From the NCBI GenBank assembly GCA_017475605.1, contig JAFVFD010000002.1, positions 11,769 to 75,768 on the forward strand: 64,000 nt of DNA, given 5' to 3'. The notes under the pieces are model-generated. The model did no database searches, was not told the origin of the DNA, and was given only the letters and a program-made list of their open reading frames with translations. This document shows, in pieces, positions 58,101-64,000 of this stretch. Within the stretch, counting starts at the first letter, position 1. Every line of letters begins with the position of its first letter. Made by a program: the position numbers and the translations under genes. The stretch comes from Alphaproteobacteria bacterium (lineage in GTDB: Bacteria > Pseudomonadota > Alphaproteobacteria > Rs-D84).

Positions 58101-61100
58101 TTTGGTTTCGCCCGCAAAATAGGATTGTTCAGGGCTGTAATAACAAGTATCAACAGACGAACATTCCATGCCGGTCTTGTAGTAATAACCAGCATCGCAC
58201 GTCAATGCGCCCATATCTGTATAATTAGAGTATGTATTGGTTGATTTTTTATAGAATGCCTTTACCCAACCTGTACCCTTGGTCCACAAATTGTTATCTA
58301 TAGATTTGAACGGATTGTACAGAATGTAACATGTATCAATATCGCGATACTTCATGTTGTCAACCAAGACAGCCTTGCCGGTTGTGCCATATTCGTCGAC
58401 TGGACAATCATGGAATCCATTTGTGTCGCACCACATATCTTCTGGGCATGTATCTGAATCATACATACATGTGTTATATGCGGACTTGCTAGTGTTGTAA
58501 GAAACATATTCATTAACAACTTCGGCTATTGTTCCATTAAGATTCTTGGTTGGGTTACATTTCAACCGACAGTCTGTGATAAATTCTGCTGTTTCCGTTG
58601 GTGTACCGGGGTTAGTGCTTGTTACATCTGTCGCGCCTGTGCCGGCTGGACATGCGTAACGAACAAGTGCAGCATCTGGACTGTAATATGCATTACCCGC
58701 CACAGAACATTCTATATCGGTCGCATTTGCCAACCAATAACCAGCATCGCAGTATAACATGGTTGGTGTTCCGCACCCGGCCAGGTACGCATTATCTGCA
58801 ACACTCCATTTGCATGTGCGTTCGCCACCACCATGTTCCGCAACATATGGTTGACCGTTCTTCCAGCACTCTGATATTGTACTGGTGTTGTCGTACGTGG
58901 TTTTACCTTCGTTCGGACACACGTGGCGTTCCAGTTCGTCTTCCGCACTGTAATAATTATAGTCGGCCACAGAACAAGTCTTGTCGGAAGCATTTTTCAA
59001 ATAATATCCGCCACGACATTTTGTAATGACTTCATCAAAGCAATTGCGTCCATAAACCGCATTATTCCCGGTACCACTTGAATACCAGCAACTTTGTGTC
59101 CCAGTACCCGACCCATTAGATGCCGCGTAATCCAGATTTATCTTGAAACATTCCTGGACTGTTTCCGCGGTTGTATTATCAGACTTTGTTGTACCGCCAT
59201 TCGGGCACGCATCACGTGTTAATATATTGTTCGCACTGTAATACCCGACACCCACCGCCGAACAATCTGTATCGTTTGTATTTTTCAGATAATAACCTGC
59301 ATCGCAAGATGTCATAACAAAATCTTTACAGTTCGCAGAATAGGTCAGGGCATTTTCATTGTAATAACATGTTTGTGTACCGCGTCCATGTGTCGCAACA
59401 TAGGTTGGCAACAGTTCCTTGTAACATGCGGCACTGCTTTCCGAATTGGCCGGCGATTTTCCACCGTCCGGACATGCGTTTAATCCACGTACACCGTCAT
59501 CGGTCGCAAACGAGCCGCCCGGGCAATAATGGTTTTCGGTACATGGCAAGCATGTTGAACCAGAACCACTGTAATATGTTTTTGCCGCGCATGTTGTGTT
59601 CCCGGCCGGCCATTTTGCCGTAATTTCCGTATTTGTTGATGTAAATGTCAGTGCCACCGCAGATGTGCTAAACTTGCCATTTGTGCCAATGATTTCGTTG
59701 TCGTTCGTATCATAATAGCCCGCAAATTCATAACCTGTTTTCTGGGGTTTGGTGACAAGTGTGGTAATCGCCGTTGTGGCGGTCGCGTTTGAATACCAGC
59801 CGGTCGCATACTTCAAATACACCTTGGCCGGTGAACCAGCGGTTGTCGCACCGTTGTGATTCAATGTGATTTCATACACATTTGGTGTCCATTGGGCAAA
59901 CAATTCTATATTTGATGCATCAGACGATATATTTGTCGTAACCGTAGTACCCGCATTATAGCATGTGCCACCACCATTCGCCGCGGTGCACCATTTGTTC
60001 GCGGTGCTGTACCCGGTGCGTGTATCAACAATCGCCGGTAATGCGCACACACCACTGTCAAATGTACACTTTACACTTGGTGCGGTTGAACCCGTACCAC
60101 CATTTTTGTTAAGGGTAATGGTGTATTCATGTGCATCGCATGTTGGTGCGGCGGTGTTGTTGTTTTTGACATCATAACCGGTTTTGCACACAACATTATA
60201 TGAACAAGCATTATATGTTGTCGCGCTGTTACCATACACAAAGTTTTCCGCGGCGGATACAGTCTTGGAATTGCTGATGCTTGCGGGGGTCTTGTTACAT
60301 TCGGTATAGCATGCGGTGTAACTGCCGGCGAATTCTGTTGAACCCGCCCAGCCGGCCGGACACTCTGTCTGGGCTGTTGCACCGTTTCCGCTGTAATAAC
60401 CGGTTTCTGTGCCGGAACACGCGAACGAACCAGCAATTTTATAATAGTATCCAGCATTACATGTTTTTGCATCAACATCCATACAGTTAGAATAATCGTT
60501 TGTTGAATTGGTATAGAAACACTTTGCCCAACCAGTACCATTTTCCCAATTGTGATTTGGATAGCCGGTTGTTGCGGTATATGGATCATATTTTACATAA
60601 CATGTATCAATACCACGATATTTTTGACCTTCAACCAATGTTGCTTTACCTGGTGTGCCATCTTTGTCGGTCGGACAGTCGTGGAATCCATCTGTGTCGC
60701 ACCACATATCTTCTGGGCAAACATTGGAATCATAAACACAAGTGTTATATTTATTCGTACCATAAGACACAGTCGGTGTTTTTACTTCGACGGTTGTACC
60801 ATTCAGATTCTTGGTTGGATTACATGTCAAATAGCAGTCCGAAATAGAACCAGATGTTGTGGTCGCTGTGTCTGGGGTTGTGCTTACCACATCAACCGCG
60901 CCTGTGCCAACCGGACAATCATAACGTTGTGTCGAAGAGCCCGGGTTTTGCATGCTTGGTTGTAATTCTTCGCCCGAGAATGCTGACTGTGCAGGGCTGT
61001 AACGTCCTTTGCCAACAGGTACACAATCGCGGTCGCCATCAGAATTAGTATACGAACCATCGTCATAATAACCCGCATCACAAGTTACAATCACAGATAC

Positions 61101-64000
61101 ATTACAGTTGTATGAATACCCGGTTGATATATTCGTGTCAGATTCATCAGATTTGTGATAGCAATTACGTCTGTGGCCACTGTGTCCGCCCGTTGGTTCA
61201 TACCAGATATTACCACGATAACATTGTGATACCTTTTCAGAAACATCGGTTTCGGTTGTAATAGTTGGGTCTTGGTCTGTATTTGGACACTTTGTCCTTG
61301 TTGTAACAAGATTCGGACTGTAATACTGATAACCAACATTAGAACAGTCTTTTGTCGTTTTTGTTGTATCCAACCAGTGTCCAATTGTACAGGTCAAAAT
61401 CTGTTCGTCTTTACAATTATCAACATACTTGTTCGTTGCGGTATTGAAATAGCATGTTTGGCTTCCTGCGCCCTGGGTTGCGGAATATTTCACATTTGAT
61501 GCAAAACAGTCTGACTTTTTGGTCGAACCCTTGGCCGACGAAACCGATACCGTCAATGTTTGGTTGTTGGCATTGGTCGCGGCGGTATATGTGCTGGCGT
61601 CTGCCGGGCATGTGTCAAGTCCGGACACACTGCCGTTGTCCTGGTATGGTGTCGTGCCGGTACAATATGACCCAGCGGGACATTCAGTACATGTTGTGCC
61701 ATACCCTGTGTAATATGTTCCCGCGGCGCAATTTACGATTGGTATTTCGTCCCAATTTGCAGTGATAAGGGTTGGTGCCGTAAATACAGTATAGTTGGTC
61801 GTTAATTTACCTGTCCCATCAATTATTTGTTGGCCGGCCGCAAAATACCCACCGAATGTATTTCCAATGGATACAGGTTTTGTAACACTTGTAATAGGTC
61901 CAGAAACCGCCTTGGTTGTGGAATTATAATTTGAATACCAGCCTGTATTATATTTCAAATAAATATCGTATGTAGCGGTATTGCCATTAACACTGCCACC
62001 GTTATGATTTAATGTTATCTTGTATACATTTGGTTCGCAGGTTTCGCCAGATGGTATATATCCAGTATCGCAATCTGGGGTTTTATAAGTACAGGCCGGT
62101 ATCGTTGTTCCGTTAAAGGAAACTGTATCTGATGTTGGAACACGTGAACCATGGTCAATATTTATCGTTGAACACGTATTATAGCAATCACTTGCGGAAT
62201 CGCTGTCTGAATCTGTTGTTGTAACCGTTGAATTCGCGCCACTCAGATTGCTACATAAAAATCTATCTGTATCGCCCGCTGGACTGTATGCGCCCTTGCC
62301 AACGACAGCACATGTTGTTGATGCGGTTGATACACGATAGTGTCCGCCAACACAACTTGTAATCTTGATTGTACAATCTTTATCATAAGATGTTCCACCA
62401 AAGAAGCAGGTTTGATCGCCCGCGCCGGTTACAGGTGTTTCGTCCAATTCAACATTTGCGCGTGTTGTTTGGCATTGATTGATGCGTGTACTACCGGTGT
62501 CGGCTGTGGCGACATCGCCGTTTTTAATGTCGGTTGGACACTTGCGGGCGCACCCGATTTCTTCATCATCTTTGTCTAATTCTGAAACGATTTCACCCGG
62601 ACAATAATAGCCAATCGGACAGGCGGTTGTTTTGTCTGATTTTTTGCCGGCTTCGCATTGGAATGGTGTTGCATCACCACAGTTTGGACTTGTTTTGTTT
62701 GCAACACCGGCGGAACCGCTGAATGTGCCACTGGCATTGCCGGCATTATTATATCCGTATTCGCATGTATAGGTATACTTGCAAACATTGTTTGATACAC
62801 CGGTTACAGTACATGAATCGACTTTATCGCCAGGTGTACATGTGCAGCCCGCAAATTGAGCATACCATTTGGTTGTGTTGTTTGCGACGACCTTGGCGGC
62901 GGTAATACCATCACTTGTTATATAACCACTGGCATCAATATATTTGGTTCCGTTGCTTGATGCGCTGAAATAACCCAAGAATACGGCATTGGTTTTTGTT
63001 GGTATGGTAACGTTGTTTGCGCTTGCTGTCATCGCCTTGGAACGCGCACTGTCTTTGTAAACATTAGTGGCATAAGTGGTGTAAATCGTGCCGGAACCGT
63101 TCGCGCCACCGTTGGTGCTGTCGTCCAGGCTGATACTGTAATTGTTTGGGGTCCATGTTGCCGTAAGTGTTATCGTTGCACCCGCAACCGTTGTCGCGGT
63201 GCTGATTGACGCATCGGCGGCATATGTTGGGCTTGTGCAATTACCAGTGCTGGCGGAACATGCCCAACCCGCAAACGAATAACCCGTTCTAGTATAGGTG
63301 TTTGCTGGGGCCTTGCATGTGCCATTATATGTACACGATGTTGGACTTGTTGGTGCGTTGCCAAAACCGCCTGTACCGGCATTATATGCAACATTAAATG
63401 TGTTCGCGGTCCAAGTTGCCGTCAAAGTGATTGTTGCGCCCGCCACAGTTGTGGCCGTATTGATTGCTGCACCCGCGGCATATGTTGCACTTGCGCAACT
63501 GCCACTGCTGGCGGAACATGCCCATCCGGCAAATGTATATCCTGGTTTAGTATATGTGTTCGATGGGGCCTTGCAGTTGGTGTCATCATATGCGCACCAT
63601 GTTGGACTTGATGGGGCGGTGCCAGATGCACCAGTTCCCGCATTATAGGAAACATTAAATGTGTTTGCGGTCCAGGTGGCTGTAAATGTTACAGTACCCT
63701 TGTTATAGTGCAGGTTTTTGAATTTGGTTGCCTTGACACCAGCAAGCGATGTGTCCGTTGTTGAATTATCACCGTAATAGTGGGCAACCTTGTTATCCAT
63801 GCCGGCGATGTTCCAACCAGTAAATGTATAGCCTGTTTTGGTCGGATTGCTTATAGTTATTTCTGTGTCGAATGTTGCACTTGTTGGGTGCGATGCGCCG
63901 TGTGTCCCGCCGTTAAGTGTATATGATATGGTATAAGAAGTGGCCTTGCATGTTTCGCCGTTTGCTTCATATCCATTGACACATGTCGTTGTATACGTAC
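55104..64000 (-). CDS. Giant secreted cysteine-rich repeat protein 2 (>2960 aa). It is a paralog of gene 1, and its 5' end runs beyond the window's right edge
   Basis: The reading frame stays open from the annotated Met at 63800 up to position 64000 and reads as further Flg_new repeats (..GYTFTGW..). It ends in the same C-terminal ~500 aa as gene 1 (..CNPGYISW). It contains two of the three near-identical repeat copies. Confidence 0.85.
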   Translation of the reverse strand, partial: TYTTTCVNGYEANGETCKATSYTISYTLNGGTHGASHPTSATFDTEITISNPTKTGYTFTGWNIAGMDNKVAHYYGDNSTTDTSLAGVKATKFKNLHYNKGTVTFTATWTANTFNVSYNAGTGASGTAPSSPTWCAYDDTNCKAPSNTYTKPGYTFAGWACSASSGSCASATYAAGAAINTATTVAGATITLTATWTANTFNVAYNAGTGGFGNAPTSPTSCTYNGTCKAPANTYTRTGYSFAGWACSASTGNCTSPTYAADASISTATTVAGATITLTATWTPNNYSISLDDSTNGGANGSGTIYTTYATNVYKDSARSKAMTASANNVTIPTKTNAVFLGYFSASSNGTKYIDASGYITSDGITAAKVVANNTTKWYAQFAGCTCTPGDKVDSCTVTGVSNNVCKYTYTCEYGYNNAGNASGTFSGSAGVANKTSPNCGDATPFQCEAGKKSDKTTACPIGYYCPGEIVSELDKDDEEIGCARKCPTDIKNGDVATADTGSTRINQCQTTRANVELDETPVTGAGDQTCFFGGTSYDKDCTIKITSCVGGHYRVSTASTTCAVVGKGAYSPAGDTDRFLCSNLSGANSTVTTTDSDSDSASDCYNTCSTINIDHGSRVPTSDTVSFNGTTIPACTYKTPDCDTGYIPSGETCEPNVYKITLNHNGGSVNGNTATYDIYLKYNTGWYSNYNSTTKAVSGPITSVTKPVSIGNTFGGYFAAGQQIIDGTGKLTTNYTVFTAPTLITANWDEIPIVNCAAGTYYTGYGTTCTECPAGSYCTGTTPYQDNGSVSGLDTCPADASTYTAATNANNQTLTVSVSSAKGSTKKSDCFASNVKYSATQGAGSQTCYFNTATNKYVDNCKDEQILTCTIGHWLDTTKTTKDCSNVGYQYYSPNLVTTRTKCPNTDQDPTITTETDVSEKVSQCYRGNIWYEPTGGHSGHRRNCYHKSDESDTNISTGYSYNCNVSVIVTCDAGYYDDGSYTNSDGDRDCVPVGKGRYSPAQSAFSGEELQPSMQNPGSSTQRYDCPVGTGAVDVVSTTPDTATTTSGSISDCYLTCNPTKNLNGTTVEVKTPTVSYGTNKYNTCVYDSNVCPEDMWCDTDGFHDCPTDKDGTPGKATLVEGQKYRGIDTCYVKYDPYTATTGYPNHNWENGTGWAKCFYTNSTNDYSNCMDVDAKTCNAGYYYKIAGSFACSGTETGYYSGNGATAQTECPAGWAGSTEFAGSYTACYTECNKTPASISNSKTVSAAENFVYGNSATTYNACSYNVVCKTGYDVKNNNTAAPTCDAHEYTITLNKNGGTGSTAPSVKCTFDSGVCALPAIVDTRTGYSTANKWCTAANGGGTCYNAGTTVTTNISSDASNIELFAQWTPNVYEITLNHNGATTAGSPAKVYLKYATGWYSNATATTAITTLVTKPQKTGYEFAGYYDTNDNEIIGTNGKFSTSAVALTFTSTNTEITAKWPAGNTTCAAKTYYSGSGSTCLPCTENHYCPGGSFATDDGVRGLNACPDGGKSPANSESSAACYKELLPTYVATHGRGTQTCYYNENALTYSANCKDFVMTSCDAGYYLKNTNDTDCSAVGVGYYSANNILTRDACPNGGTTKSDNTTAETVQECFKINLDYAASNGSGTGTQSCWYSSGTGNNAVYGRNCFDEVITKCRGGYYLKNASDKTCSVADYNYYSAEDELERHVCPNEGKTTYDNTSTISECWKNGQPYVAEHGGGERTCKWSVADNAYLAGCGTPTMLYCDAGYWLANATDIECSVAGNAYYSPDAALVRYACPAGTGATDVTSTNPGTPTETAEFITDCRLKCNPTKNLNGTIAEVVNEYVSYNTSKSAYNTCMYDSDTCPEDMWCDTNGFHDCPVDEYGTTGKAVLVDNMKYRDIDTCYILYNPFKSIDNNLWTKGTGWVKAFYKKSTNTYSNYTDMGALTCDAGYYYKTGMECSSVDTCYYSPEQSYFAGETKPTVAQAGSSTYQIACPAGCAGSTANAGSYTACYTECDKTTADFANSKTVSAAENIVYGNSATTYNACSYNVVCKTGYDVKNNNTAAPTCDAHEYTITLNKNGGTGSTASSVKCTFDSGACALPAIVDTRTGYSTANKWCTAANGGGTCYNAGTTVTTNISSDASDIELFAQWTPNVYEITLNHNGATTAGSPAKVYLKYATGWYSNAAATTAITALATKPVKGVLKFDGYKNTSNVFVIDSDGKFATTSAILTFTTADATLTAQWSDAPITCPAGKYYRGTGEMPETDCLPCTENNYCSGVTVMTNSGQAGIDECPDNGKSLVGTASATMCFQELLPTYVATHGRGTQTCYYNENALTYSDRCKDFVITSCDAGHWLATTTDTDCSEAGVGYYSANNILTRDACPNGGTTKSDNTTAETVDECFKTNLDYTATDSSGTGTQSCWYSSGTGNDAVYKHECFDKVITKCRGGYYLAAQTDIACTVVDFNYYSIEDELERHACPNEGKTSYNNTSTISECWKNGQPYVAEHGGGERTCKWSVADNAYLAGCGVPTMTYCNGGYWLANGTDTECSVADYAYYSPDRDLARYACPAGSTTRTQTSENERACFICPENSVCEPGLEVATCDSLTGGQFTKSDAGTTDAAYCYRDCTMGENANTMSGRDFYTAADTCQIASCAPGYSLSNGQCVTCPAGSFCDGTPGGDGGNGAKSCADLGDGSWMYSAPGANKASDCYRMCTEYIEDTCTLTPVENTAYWPNNCQYTGASATGNPAEVVDGRCVETSCNSHYEMINGSCKPCNRENALSYKSDGNCVIESCTIGYHPYNNTCEQDVKGCAAPHATAATQKWDATHGAFGICTIKSCEDGFHLASNACVENEQACDIEHGVGTKTWNATTNSWNECVATSCVPGYTNDPYEKNNASEQCSACRNKFSVLGEVAAASYSTGCEIASCLYQGEKYNLENNECVPICAKPYSDETGSLRWNNATKKCERTCNPGYISW
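57320..57960. repeat. Near-identical intragenic repeat, copy 2
   Basis: See copy 1. Confidence 0.8.
59700..60250. repeat. Near-identical intragenic repeat, copy 3
   Basis: See copy 1. Confidence 0.8.

Noticed and set aside
46590-63655. Dozens of 60-190-aa ORFs on both strands inside the giant genes, many occurring as identical copies (e.g. MPPPFAAVHH.., MIQCDFIHIRCPLGKQF..)
   Set aside because: These are by-products of the near-identical DNA repeats and the Cys/Thr/Gly-rich codon bias. There are no start signals. They are informative only as markers of the repeat copies.

Overview
This 64-kb window comes from a moderately AT-rich bacterial chromosome. Its gene content looks alphaproteobacterial: groES-groEL with a GGM tail, tilS-ftsH, prmC, bamD, rlpA-SPOR, murJ, era, queA-tgt, lysS, rpsD, smpB, tatD-holB, rpoZ and dinB. 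Most of the window is ordinary housekeeping operons, with translational coupling (TAATG overlaps) and clear rho-independent terminators. Several regions are not ordinary. (1) Each of the three tRNA genes (Arg-ACG, Gly-GCC, Ser-GGA) is followed by an array of duplicated tRNA 3'-end-plus-terminator copies. The Arg and Ser loci also share two conserved ~140-nt elements, here called A and B. Their cores are conserved between loci, but each is bounded by an inverted and a direct copy of the local tRNA's 3' end. Element A shows compensatory hairpin changes, which suggests a structured RNA or a miniature tRNA-targeting mobile element. (2) Downstream of tRNA-Ser is a small phage-derived island. It encodes a fusion of a MuF-like C-terminal motif (CxxC...HPNCRC) with an L,D-transpeptidase-like H...GC motif, which is a polymorphic-toxin architecture. 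Two small membrane proteins (immunity candidates, one flanked by ~55-nt direct repeats) and a GH24 lysozyme follow. (3) A family of secreted Cys-rich proteins is present: a 319-aa member, a 952-aa member, and two tandem giant paralogs of ~2850 aa or more (the second runs off the window's right edge). These carry Listeria-Bacteroides (Flg_new) repeats plus ephrin-receptor-like CxxCPxGxYC modules. The giants have ~90% identical C-termini and three near-identical ~500-bp intragenic repeats, which makes the locus a recombination and variation hotspot. (4) An orphan 465-aa protein after lysS carries a divergent RelA/SpoT-like nucleotidyltransferase signature (RVK...DxxxxR...EIxxQVRT...H..YE). Elsewhere in the window is a stand-alone RelA/SpoT-type HD hydrolase with a long C-terminal extension. 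(5) A Lys-codon-rich 9-codon leader ORF sits upstream of lysS with mutually exclusive antiterminator and terminator pairings. (6) A sigma-32-like promoter lies upstream of groES with no CIRCE element. No CRISPR arrays, integrases, transposases or rRNA genes were seen. All functional calls are made by eye from motifs; no database searches were run.
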